This document shows positions 14,291-26,594 of a stretch of 64,000 bases of DNA, piece by piece; position 1 is the first letter of the stretch; each line of letters begins with the position of its first letter. The position numbers and the translations under genes were made by a program. Location of the stretch: contig MU271225.1 in assembly GCA_021432655.1 (NCBI GenBank), positions 1 to 64,000 on the forward strand, in the 5' to 3' direction. This DNA comes from Atractiella rhizophila (lineage: Eukaryota). Under the pieces are notes generated by a model, which worked only from the letters and a program-made list of their open reading frames with translations, was not told the DNA's origin and did no database searches.

Positions 14291-16000
14291 GATTTGCTCT
14301 GTTGGACATCATCGAAGGGTATAAACAGCTCGTTCCAATTTCCCTCTGACAAAAAGAAAGAAAAGGCACACCTCTTTCCTCCTCGAATTGTCGTGGCCGT
14401 TCCTCCCCTCACAATTTTCAGCTGCCTAAAAAGGGAAGCGATTGATGCGATAAATAACAAGCTCCCCCAATTCCAATGTTCCAAAGTTCCAATGGTGCCC
14501 TATAAAATAAATACTCGGTCTGCGCTGCACTCCAAGCAAAAGACAGTTTCCTAAGCGCAAGCGGGGTCTGTGTTAGTCGTGCACTCCAGAACAGGGGACG
14601 GGTTCCTAACCAAGAAAACGTTCGATCGGACCAAGTCGACTCCAGAAAACAGGTCAAAACATCGTTTGGTCGTTTGTTGGTTGCCCTTGCCTTGCCACGG
14701 AGGCCACGCTGGATAGGACACGGCGCTGCTCCTGCCAACGCTCACGCTCGCTCAACGTGCCAGGATGCGCGTTTGGTTCCGCACACCAACGTCTTACACG
14801 TGCCTCAATCTCATGATATGTTTCGCCAAATGTGCAGCCGTGCAAAAGCAGGCCTATCAGGGTATATCAGGTTTGCTGGAGCTCGAAGGCACGCAGGATC
14901 GAGATACTGCAAACTATGCAGATGCAGATATGAAAGCTTGTTATTTTTACGTCGGGACGCGCAGACAGCACGTTCAGCCGAGGTTACCATTTCAAGTTTT
15001 TTCCAACAAGATTTTTGATTTTGAAGGTGCTGGGCGGACGCTTGTTTTGCAAGTCGCTATGACCATCTGCAAAGAAAAGAATTCTGGAGTCGAACTTCTG
15101 GAGCTGGCATCTTGTTTTATGCAACTCAGGGTCGATCCATTCATTTCAACCTTCTGACCCTGTTCGAGCTCGAACTTGTAACTTGAACTGCGTTGAGTCC
15201 ACCGCTGGGTTGGCAATCCATGCATTCTAGATCAATTAGGTCAGCCACAAATGTCCAATTGTATCGCCACTTCCTCCAGGCTCTGTTTGTCAAAACAAAG
15301 ACAATAATGAGGGCAACCAGCTTCTCTCTCGCTCATCCGAACTTTTCCTTCAGTTCTCTCAACCTGCTTGGACGATTGGAGCATCCTGCTCACAAATGCA
15401 GCGAGACGTCGAGGGAAAGTCACCTTACGGCCGTTTAAAATATCTTCGGTATCGGGGACGGTTTGGGGTGTTTGGTCAAGGAGAGTTCTCGGGAATCTGA
15501 GGGAAGAGGAAATAATCAAGTTTAAAGTATTTGGCAAGGCGTGCTATCTATTATTGATGCTGTTCAAGAGCTAGATTTCCCATCATCGCATTTTCAGATT
15601 AAAGGTTCGGGGGGGCCATTCTCCTCAGCATCCTGATGATGATGAAAGAGGAGCGGAACTTTTGCGAAGATCAGAATGAATCGATGGTGACGGTTTGCAC
15701 GTGAAGGTGTTGTCATTGGCAGTCGTTCAAAACTTTTCGGCACACATTTTGGTGATGAACTTTGCTCTTCCACCAAATATTGTGATGCACACCTGCATCC
15801 CACAGGCCAAATTAGAATGCGGAGGGGAAGATATTCTTCAGGTTGAAGGCAGACGCTCTACGACGTGGGAATGCCCACCATGTTGCAAATGTTTTCTCTT
15901 GTTAAACCGTCGATTATGAGGCATTTCAGCACTGGTCTTACTGTCATTAACAACATCTGATGAGAAACGATCTCTATTTGAATTGCAGTGGAATCGGTGT

Positions 16001-17642
16001 CTACAATTCCGCGTTCTCCCTCTTCTTCTCCACGACCCAACTCATAAACCGATCCCTGAATTTCATCATCTCCCTCTCCGAAAAGGGTACAAACTGAGCC
16101 GACACGACGGCGGCAACTCCTAATTCGAAGTCAACAAACCAATACGTGTTCATGAGTCTATACCACATCCGAGCGCGCCTCAGTCAGTCCTTGAAAGATT
16201 AATCAGAAGATGGAGAAATGACGAACCCTCCCCAACCGATTGTCCCTTTCTCTAGTCCATACTTCGTCTTATCATTAGCAACCATCCCGTTTAACAAACA
16301 CCAGCCGTTCGCCAGCCCCTCCTGCTCTCCCTCCGACTCTAAAAACTTGTCAAACCTACTCATTGCCGGAGAATCAGACATCTCCCAAGGTGGAGACGGT
16401 AGCATGATCCCAGCACCTTTCAGCCCGTCAGCTCGGGCTTCTTCAAAGAGCGAAGGTGAGAGGAGAGAGGACCCCGAAGGAGTTCGGCTGTGTAGGAGGA
16501 CGGAGTGCAGGATTTTAGAGAAAGCGAGGAGTGACTTGAATGGGTTATGAGATGAAACCCATCGGAGGACAGAGAGGTGAAACACCTACCCCGTGCAGTC
16601 CAGCGCCGGTTTCCCATTTCCAGCCTTCCGGTGGTGAACCATCAGGTGTATCGTATTGTGGCTGCATGACAGAAAAGATGAGGCTTTGTTGCGGTTTGAG
16701 AGGAGAAGAGAAATCTAACAGGGAAATGAGGCATCGGGCTGAATATTCTCCTACCTTCGTTAACCTGCATAGCCATACTAGGTACCAGTCTCTGCTTAAT
16801 CGATGGAGTGATGTGAAAGTTGAGATCGTCGCTGGAAATGCCCAAAGGATCAAATAGCAGTTCCTTATGAAGTTCCGAAATATTCTTGTGGATTCCTTTG
16901 GATGCTGATATCCGTTCGATGAACTCGGCTACCCAGTTAGAGCATTCTCCATACCTACGCCAATCCGTCAGTCCTTCACTCCAACAAATCTCTAACCATA
17001 AACTACAGGAATTGTGTGCCCGCTTCAAAAGCGCGAGGAACATCGAGCTTCTTCAAAGTAAGATACGGCTCGTTCGCGTCTTTCTGCTCTTCCATAAGCC
17101 TTCTAGTGGTTGCCATAAGCACAAGACGTCACCAAATCCGCTCCAACCTCCCAAGTGAACGGCACCCAGAATCCTCCTGTGTGTAATAACAACTGCCTGA
17201 GCGTAATTCCCTTTTCAGGCTTCTTCAAAATAGGTTGTCTCTTTCCCCCTTCATCCTTCTCCCAACATACGAAGACCGCTCCCGCCCCTTTTCCCCTGCC
17301 AGGATCGAATTCGGGAATTAATTTCGCCAATTCTTCCACACTGTCCATGTCGAACCCATACTTCTCCACGACAAGGAGCGCAACGAGTGCAAGAGGAAGC
17401 TTGGAACAAGAAGCGAGCCAGAATGTACTCTCATCCGTCAGTGGACGATGGTCGGTTGGAGAATAGACCCCTGCAGCAGAAGAGGCAAAGACACCGTTGT
17501 GACTGAGCGCTACAGCTCCCAAGCCTGCATGTTGGGTGGGTGACTAAAGTGCTTGAGAGGGGAAGCAGAGCATACCAGGTGCTAACCCCTCGTCAACTGC
17601 TGATTTGAGGAGAGCGCATAGTTCATCATTCAGGTTCCCCAT
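16001..17642 (-). CDS. Beta-lactamase/transpeptidase-fold serine hydrolase (class C / LovD-EstB-like), multi-exon
   Basis: SxxK (FWLASCSK), ITLRQLLLHTGG, P..FEAGTQF.YG, and C-terminal WGG-LMNTYWFVD. ATG at 17642, TAG at 16001. Confidence 0.85.
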
Positions 17643-18066
17643 TTTGAAGATCAACTGGGACACCTCTCAGGACACAGAACTCAGTTATATATCTCTCATA
17701 GCCAAAGAGTTCACACCGGTTGCTTGCATGTTGACATTACGACGTTACTCAGGCAGCCCGCAATATCCGACAGGATTGCCTAACAGAGAGTCACTTGAGA
17801 AACACCGCGCATGCCACAAATGAACAGCATACTGCTAGGGAGAGGAGCCAAACGCCGAAACGACAAGGCTATACAGGCACTAGAGATAGATGGGCAGGTT
17901 ACGAATTGCGGTCGAAATCGGTTGCTGACGCTGTCGGCGATTGCAGCTGCAACGTCAACGTCGACGTCGACGACGGCAAAAGAGTCAAAGAATCGCTTGG
18001 GCCCTGCCGTCTAAGCTCTGTTGAAAACATCTATGGTATAGCTTGTACCTACAGCGTCTCGAAATC

Positions 18067-18418
18067 GAGTTGCATCAGAGGGGTTTGGCGCAGGCGACCT
18101 CTGCGATGTGAACATAATGATATTCCGATCTGATCCAGTCAGGGTGATGCTAATGGATTTATAGGTGGGAAAGATTGGGAGGTGAAATATCTAATGAACC
18201 TGAATATTTGGCAACCAAAGGGGGCTGTGGGTGGAGCACTGATTAAGGCGGAGCACGACATGTCAATGTTGGATCAAATTTTGCAAAAGGTAACTTCATA
18301 CCAGGATCACATACAACAGAGCAGAAAGGAATCAAAGTAACTCTACCATGTACTATGTAATTATATTTTTCCTGCTGATAGGCGCTGAAATCAAAAGTGC
18401 CGCGGAGGACATGCGGAA
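18067..18418 (+). pseudogene. Isolated 3' fragment of the Crinkler-type kinase (inverted paralog of 22960-23311)
   Basis: Reads ELHQRGL..GDLCDVNIMI..DPVRVML.D..GK..EVKY..N..GALIKAEHDMSMLDQILQK with frameshifts. The nucleotide sequence is the reverse complement of 22960-23311, including the 3' non-coding flank. Confidence 0.8.
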
Positions 18419-20064
18419 TGAGGACATAAATACTGCTCTATTGATTTTGCTCGAACTCAGAGCCAGAAGTCAAACTCGAGTGTTGTAATCGTTTGATAAA
18501 GTCTTCAACTAACTTATAGGAAATTCGTTGATTGTTGTCAGCCGGCTGCGTCAATAGGCTCCACACTAACTCAATAATGTAGACGCAGGCAGTGACTTTG
18601 CAGGCTTTAGTAAAGTATGTTTTACATGAATTTACAGTACATGAGACCGAAAAATGCAAAAGAAAAGAGACTTCTGGCTTAGAATTTAGAACATTTATAC
18701 TGGAAACCCTAGGAAGATACTACTATGTCAGGATAGAGCTCGCACCATGATTTGCAAATTAACTCTATTTTCTATCAAGTTATGTGGCATCTCTCCCATT
18801 ACACTGTTGCTCTCATTGCTCCAAATGCCATCGATTTTTGCAAGAACGCCGCAGCTGAAGCGGTCGGCTCCGTCGTAAGCTTATGCACGTGGACCATGTC
18901 CAACATTGGAAAGCCCGTTCAACAAACAACGAAGTATAAGTACATGATTTGGTTGATGCCGCCATGCTTCAAGTTATCAGGCGCGTGAAGCAACAGAAGC
19001 ACAGAAAACGTGTGTCATCTAACTTTCCTGCACGTAAAGTTTGAAAGCCTTTAAAAGTTCTGCGTTGGGGCATGATCGCCGTATGATGGACATGGAGTTC
19101 TCATCCTATTCGGAGAGGGTGTTGGCACATCTCCCGCTCAGATATCATCCTTCCCCTTTTTAACTTCAAAATCAAGGGCAATGAGTAAGGATTGAATTGT
19201 ATCCACGGTTTTAGTGTTTCAAGGAGATTCTCACGCCGCTCATTGCCACGGAATAGCGTGGGCGTCGAATCCGCCCAAGTATTGCCGAAGCTGTACGTTT
19301 TGTCAAGCCCTTGGAGACCGGCTCGCGTACGTGATTGTACCTTTTCACACCTGCTCGAGGAGAAGGATGGGCTCTGGGTTCTGTGGGAACATGCCATGAA
19401 GGCCATAGCATGGCTTTTTGTCGACTGAACGTGACAGACTTCCTCTGCCAATCGAGCCTGTTCACCTTACCTGTTACTTTTCAAGTGACATCCACTTTCG
19501 TCGATCTCATCAGCACCGAAGACTGTATGAGGAGGTGAGCTAATGTTCGAAGAATGGCAACCTTGGCAAAACCGAAAGTACACATCTTGCGGTGCGAGGC
19601 AGGAACGAAGCTAATCGGTAAATAAGCCTGAAAGAATAAGTAGCTGTTCCGGTCTTCCAAGCCTTTCAGCCCAACCCATCGCCATAAAAAACTGCATCCC
19701 AGGACGATCGCCTAGACGGCGTGTCGTAAAACCTGTGGACTTTCTTTTCTACAGTCCTTTCAAATTCCCGACAAGGCAAAATATACCAGGAGATTCCCTT
19801 CGACTGCTTGGAACCCAAACCAATACCTCATTGCGGAAACTCCTCCCTCGGCCCAACGAAGGGAAATCAGCATTCTGTGCAACTCGAAATCGTAGCTTAG
19901 CTGGCACCGTTGCTAGTTGATCACTCCCTTGAGGCACTCATACACCCTCCACTGTCAGAAGAAGTCCTCGGTCCACCCTTTGTCATACGACGTCCTTCGC
20001 CATTCCTTAAACCCATAAACCCAAGACACCTCCCCAATCCCTTCCTCGACCTTAGTGCAACAAA

Positions 20065-22245
20065 ATGATAACCTCAAGAGGACTCGTCGGCCTCTTCCCA
20101 CTCTTCCTCCATCTCTCCTTCACTACGGTTATGGCTCAAAATCTCGTGCAAAACCCTTCTTTCGAGATTGTAAATGCAAGTGCGGGTTCCAATGGACTAC
20201 CTGAACATTGGAATGTGCGCTTTTTCGAGTTCCCAGCTTCATGGATACCAGCGAACGATAACTTCAGTTATGCAAGCGGTATAGGTGTGCTTTCCCTCCC
20301 ATCAGCTTTTAAGTTGTCTCAGTCAAGTCTGATTGGATAGAGCTACGAGACGATGCCACGGCCAATAATACTGATAGGTCACAGGATGGAACGAAACATA
20401 TCGCAATGTGGGATTGTGTAGAATTTTGGCAGGACGAAATTCTCGTGCAGCCAGGAGGCGAATAGTACGCTGTCTCCTCAGGTATCGTGCCCTTTCGAAC
20501 AAAGCTGATGGTTTGGCCAATAGTCAGCTCTCATATTGGGCATATCATAACCAGTCAGCGGTTGCGGACCCTTTCATCGACTACATCCATTCAGTGCGTA
20601 ATCCTCTGAGTTCCCCTCCCGAAAATTCCTCAAGCAAATTCTCAGGTGTCATGGGCGGGTGGAAACCCAAATCCTATCATCCATACCGGTGATTGTAGGT
20701 CCATGTCTTCCCTTCCCCTCATGAAGTTGATGGTACGGGACCAAAGCGGGATGGCAACAGATCACGATGAACGCAATACTCAATACCACACAAACGCGCA
20801 TATTCTTCTACTGGGTGCAGTACGCCGATTTTTATTTGTCCTTCCTCGATGATTTAGCTCACTATATGGTGTAGGAAAGCAGCTGAATTCCGGTCCGTTC
20901 GCCACCTCAATTTGCTTCCGTGAGAGTCAGAAGTGCTGATTGGAGGAGCAAAGATTGGACAATGTCTCTCTTACACTCGTGAATCCTCCATCGCCTAACA
21001 AAGAAGTGCCTGTGAATCTTGTTACGAACGGAGGATTCGAAGATTCAGCTATTGAACCCGGAGCGGCTTGGAACTGTGATGCTCTTTGCGGTATTTATTA
21101 ATCCTTCTTCCCACATATGGCCGACTGACTTTGTCACCACCATATAGGAATTTACGAACCATCTTCTGCCCATTATCCTCCTGAAGGCTTGAATCAACTT
21201 TATATGCAAAGTTTCAATAATCCTGCGACACTAAAGCAACACCTAACAATTGATTCAAACTCTACCTAGTACGTTTTTCACCGGCCAACTGAAACAGAGA
21301 CTTAGAATGCGACTCTGGTCTCACAGTGACATCAGTTTCCTAGCACACAACACTGGAGTTGATGGAGATGCAGATCTTGAGGTGTTCTTAGGAACAGAAT
21401 CGCAGATCTTTCGAATTCCTTCTGGAGCTGAATATACTGGTTTGTTTCTTTCTTTCCATTTATCTCGCGATAGACTGCGGTACAGGTCCGTGGACACGCT
21501 TTACTACTTCCTTACCAATCGCAGCGGATTCCAACAATACCGATCTTGCGTTCACATTTAGGACGTGTGTCTTGTCCTCCATCCATCGTGGACCTTTGTA
21601 ACATTAGAGCTACAGACCAAACGCGTTTCTCCGCCTCGATGATGTCCGAGTTTACAAAAGCGACAAACCTGTAACTCCCCCTCTCAATCCCATCGATAAC
21701 AATCTGTCCAAAAAGTCTTCAAACGCTGGCCCTATCGCTGGCGGTGTTATTGGAGGATTGACTGCTGTAGCTCTCATCGTCGCTGGGGCTTTCTTTTACC
21801 GGAAGTATCAAAGGAAGCAGGAGTTACAAAGGAGAAGGATGGAAGCGAGCATAATGGCACAGGAGTTCGAGAAGTTTGCTAGTATGTCTGTCCTGACACA
21901 ACTGCTGGGAAGAGCTCATATTTGGGCTCAGCAGGAAACGATGGTAGCACTGTTGCTGGTTCTCCATCACCGTTCCCTTCCGTAACGGAGCACGTCAGCA
22001 ACACTCCTTACGGTGCGACCCGGTCGGATACTTCGAGTGTCCCACGATTCAACATGGTTCCAGAGCTTCAAACCACAAGTCCTCGACCTCCGACTGGGAT
22101 GAGCGTCAGCAATCCGCATTTCCCGGATACATATAGCCAGTGGGATCACACCCCTCAGTCCTTTACGTCTGCAGCCATCTCGGGAACGAATTACGATCAA
22201 ACGCAACCAGACTCTTACAGTCATTGGGCACATGGAGCAAGATGA
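20065..22245 (+). CDS. Type I membrane protein: signal peptide, two galactose-binding/CBM4-9/DUF642-like jelly-roll repeats, one TM, Ser/Pro/Thr-rich cytoplasmic tail; many short exons
   Basis: Signal-like N-terminus then QNLVQNPSFE ... LDNVSL; second repeat NLVTNGGFE ... LDDVRV. TM is AGPIAGGVIGGLTAVALIVAGAFF followed by YRKYQRK. Confidence 0.65.
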
Positions 22246-23054
22246 GGAAGAGAGGATCGTTAGATAGAAGAATTCCTTCCTTGATGTTAAGCTCCATCTC
22301 GATTGATGAATGCGTTTGATAATTGCTTTTTGTGAACTCGTGTATACACTGTTTCTGCCCAAGTTCATCGAAGTGTCGATTCTTACCGATGCATGCACTA
22401 GTTGACTTGTTTCGGTACTGAGCAATCGCACTCAAATCCGTTGATTGTAACTGTCAATTCAGCGGAATCATAGTCTTGACTGTCTTTCGATCTTCTCTAG
22501 GTAATATATTCATATACTTTAGTCCAGGGCTGATTGGCTTGCTAATCCAATTGCATGCAAACGAAGTTGCTTCTTCAATTCTTTACAAACCAACGTAAGA
22601 CGTTGAGTCTGATGTCTGGGTATATTACTGCTCCAGCAAAGACTGTGTGTCCCAGTGAGTAACAAAATATTAGATCCTGCTTTACTAAAACCTGCAAAGT
22701 CGCTGCTACCTGTATTCACGCAGCCAGCGGACAACAATGAGGGGGGGTCAAGATAAGCGAATTTCTGCGAAGACTTTATCATAAGAATACCGTTCTGAGT
22801 TCGAGCAAAATCAGTGCAGTATTTATGCCTTCATATCAGTAAATGAAGGCCGTGCTTCCGACTCACTATAAGTCCGTTCCTTCTTCAACTGCTGATGAGT
22901 TGAATGATAACGGTTAACAGCAGTTTCTTTGAGGTTCATTCTGACGATCCAGTTGCAACTCCCCATGGCCTCTACGGCACTTTTGATTTCAGCGCCTATC
23001 AGCAGGAACAATATAATTACATGGTACATGTAGTTACTTTGATCCCTTTCTGTT

Positions 23055-25579
23055 CTATCGTATGTGACCCCGGTATGAAGTTACCTTTTGCAAGATTTGA
23101 TCCAACATTGACATGTCGTGCTCCGCCTGAATCAGCGCACCGTCCACAGCCCCTCTGGTCGCGACATAACTGTCCTATTCACGTTCATCGGATACTTCAC
23201 CTCCCCAATCTTTCCCGCCCAATCAAAAATCCACCAGCATCACCCTAACTGGATCAGATTGGGATACCAAGAGGTTCACTCGCCATGCACTAAGCCCCGC
23301 TGATGCAACTCGTCAAGAATTCCGTTGATTCCATCCAGATCCGTAGGGATGCCGTCCTGATGTCGAATCGATGGTTCCTCTTCCAATCCATCACCACCAT
23401 AAACCAACCCCGGCAATCTTTTCGAAACCACGAAGCGCTGGTGCGAACCCTTTCTCGGCGCATATTTCGTGAGCCTGCTTCGAATATCTTCGAACGGATT
23501 TCACACACAGTCGCATTCCTTCTTTTTCGCAGAAAAACAGAAGCTTTTCCCCGAAAGGTTGTCGTTCGTACTCGAAAGTTTGTAAAGTACCGTCCTTCAA
23601 ACTAGTGAAACTCCTCGGATAATGGAATATTTGCCGTTGCCATCCGGTGATCCTGATAAGTCTCTCTTGTGACTCTGGTTCAGGCTTCAGGTTCTGGTAG
23701 TATTCTTCGAGAGACGCCACCGCCTTCTTCAGTGCACCAAGATGACGAGCTACCTTTCGCCGGGTATCCTCGTCCGTCAAGTGGTAATGCAGAGGCAGAC
23801 AAACCGACAGTGTCTCCATTTGAGGACGTAAATCCCACGCAGCCCCAGCGAACGCGATGTATGGCCTACCCGCATCACAGCATTCCTAAGTCGCCTTGCA
23901 AGAGGAAAGTATTATACTTACCAATACAAATATCAGTATGCACGGTAATGGCGAGTGCTCGAACACGGTCGCCTGGTCCCTAGTTGAATCGAAGTAATAC
24001 AATCCTGCCTGAGCGTAAAGGGTCTGCCCCTTTACTACTGATTTCGTTTTTGAACTCCATAATGGCACATCGATGCTTCCCTACAAGCTTGTCTCCATCT
24101 GTCAGGAACTCGCCAGGTGTGTGGGATACCACCATTTTACACCCCATTCCGCAAACAACTCCATCACCGCGGCCGCTCGCGTAACTTCGAGAGGGTAGAA
24201 ATCTGACATCGTCGATGATAGCTCCATCACAAAGGCATTGTCAGCGGGCGTAATTTTCACAGTCGTCCAAGAAGCGGCCGAATACAGGATGGAGCAATGT
24301 TGTTGGATTCGTCGTCGTCGCCGAACGAGGTCGGTTGCCGAAGATTTGGTGCTTTGTGGCAGATTGTCGCTTTGCAAACGCACTTGGCTCGGCTCCTATC
24401 GATGGGGCAATTCTCACGTTATCTTCCAAGAAGCGGTGACGCCATGCCCTGATACGGTGTTGCTCAGCTGACTGAGGAAATGATGGAGGTTGAGATCGCA
24501 ATGGTGCTAACCGAACGATTCAGGGAGGGCCAAAGATAAGAACGAGTTCCGAGTCGCGACTTACCAGAGGCAGGGGCATCGACAACGACATGGACGTGGT
24601 GTGGATTTAGCGACTGCACGAAAAATTTCGGAGAGCAGATCGGTGGAAAACCGCAACGGCTTGTCATGACTGCACCCTTCAATTTCTCTTTCAGGTTTTC
24701 TTCATTGAGAAGATAGACTTGGTGAAGAGCTAGCAGTTCGGCGTGGATACCCGAGAAATAATGTGAAGTGTGTCTCTTAATAGCCTCTTTGAGCTGTCCA
24801 ACATTTCTGTTGGCAGAGATATGGATATTAAGCACATTGCCGACGTCGGTACCTCGAATCCAATAGTTGAGACCTGTGAGGAAGATGTCGATGAATAAAA
24901 TATAGAGAAGTGAGATCGCACGGATATTGAGTGATTTATTGATGACGATGGTTCCCTTCAGATCAGGCTCCAAAACACCTTCGATAATTCGACTTGCCGT
25001 TCTAGTTTGTCCTAGTTGCGCAAAGACATTGTATGAGATGTTTGTCGTCCGGCCGAGCGACTTTATAGAGATCGAACGTTGTTGCTGACATGTCGCGAAG
25101 ACACTCTGAGTTCTCGGTCTTGATAGCATGTTGGGGCTGTTCGACAGTTTTCCTGCTAGAGATATTGATGGTGAACACATTGCCGACGTAACCCAACATT
25201 TGAGTGCTGCAATGGTGGCGGTGAGAAAATGTTGGTGAATGAAGTAAAATCGTACAAATATTGGGTGACCTGACCACAACGAGCTCTTTTTCTGGGTCAT
25301 AATCAGAAAACAGCTTAGCCGATAATTTTAGTGGTCCCGTCAGTTTTTGCCCGTTGTTTAAAACTGATTCACTGACGTCCTCCTGGTCAGAGCAAGAAAC
25401 TCTGTAGAGATCAACATTCCAGCTTCAACGTCGTGGAAAGTTTGTGGCTTCTGGCTGTGGATAAGCCTTTTAAGTCCTGCTAACCGTTCCTTCTTCGAAA
25501 TCGTGACCAGAAAGATGTAGGAAGCGTCTTGGCCGTAAACCCAACATTCAAGCTCGAGATTGTCCGCGCTCGCGCTCAT
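23055..25579 (-). pseudogene. Crinkler (CRN)-type effector: three ubiquitin-like header domains + restriction-endonuclease-like domain + kinase; multiple frameshifts
   Basis: Headers LECWVYG..IFLVTISK..LKRLI..DLYRV, LKCWV..VFTINIS..AIK..DLYKV and LNYWIRG..V.QLKEAIK..LALHQV..HVHVVV. Middle region LLHPVFGRFLDD..EFKNE..YAQ..LYY. Kinase CVK.VRRYS..AH..GFAP.L, W.MVVMD, LVHG, VMLVDFDWAGK, HD..ML. Frames are broken at several points. Confidence 0.8.
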
Positions 25580-26594
25580 AGTTCGTTCTGTGGAATATGG
25601 TAAAAATATGAAAATTTCTGTCGTTAACGGATTGGCAGTAATGCTGCAACCCTCTGTCATGGATGTATCGGGTACCGTACGCACTTTGAAAAAATTATGA
25701 CAAGAGTGCACACGGATGGGGGGCAGCTGAGGGCGGGATTCAGCTGGAGTTCTCAGTCAAGGTGGAGCTCATAGAGCCGGTGGTTTTGCTGATGCTCCTC
25801 AACATTATTATGCTTTTGCTACTTTAACATTACAAGGGGAACTGATAGGGCCTATTCTTTAGTACTTCCCTTTTCACTCCCACCGACGGTATACTCTACA
25901 AGGCACACCATCCGCGTTTGATCATTTTCAGTTTCTCCAAGCATGTAGCGCTCATTTGATCTCAAATATGATCACATGATATGATCACGGCAACAACATC
26001 AAATTGTGACTGGCACTCTGAGTGGCATTGCAGCAATGAGAGGAACAGGGTAATGAGAGAGGTTCTACATAGTAACTTGATCGATAGCATCTTGCATGAA
26101 ATGGCGTTATTTCGTGAATCACGGTGCGAGCTCTATCCTTACATAGGCGTACCTTCGTGGGCTTTCCAGCATAAACGTTATTCCGAGTCAGAAGTCACTC
26201 TTGTTTTGCAGTTTCGGTGACATGATGTTACAGAGATTGTTTGAATGAAACATAAAATGGCGGATGTAGATTCAACCCCACAGTGCTTTTGAAGCTGAAG
26301 CTTGAACATCACGATATTACTAGAAGGACAATACTGCAGACATCACGATGAAACAGTAATAATTCAGTCTGCTGCGACTTCAAGTTCTCGCCGTTATTCG
26401 AAAATGTGTTCTACTCCCTTTAAGGGCCACCATTATCATGTCCAATTCGAAAACGTGGGCGATGACTTGATTAAGTATTTGCGCACAAACATGACTTGTG
26501 AGAATTATATGATATTTCGTGTTTCCTTGTTCCTACGCAAGTTGGGAACGGTTAATAAGTTCATGTATAACTTACCTGAAATCTTCGCTTAACA

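Noticed and set aside
14550..15950. Several short ORFs on both strands
   Set aside because: No recognisable motifs or consistent exon chain.
19100..19540. Short minus-strand ORFs
   Set aside because: Could be a gene relic, but there is no motif support.
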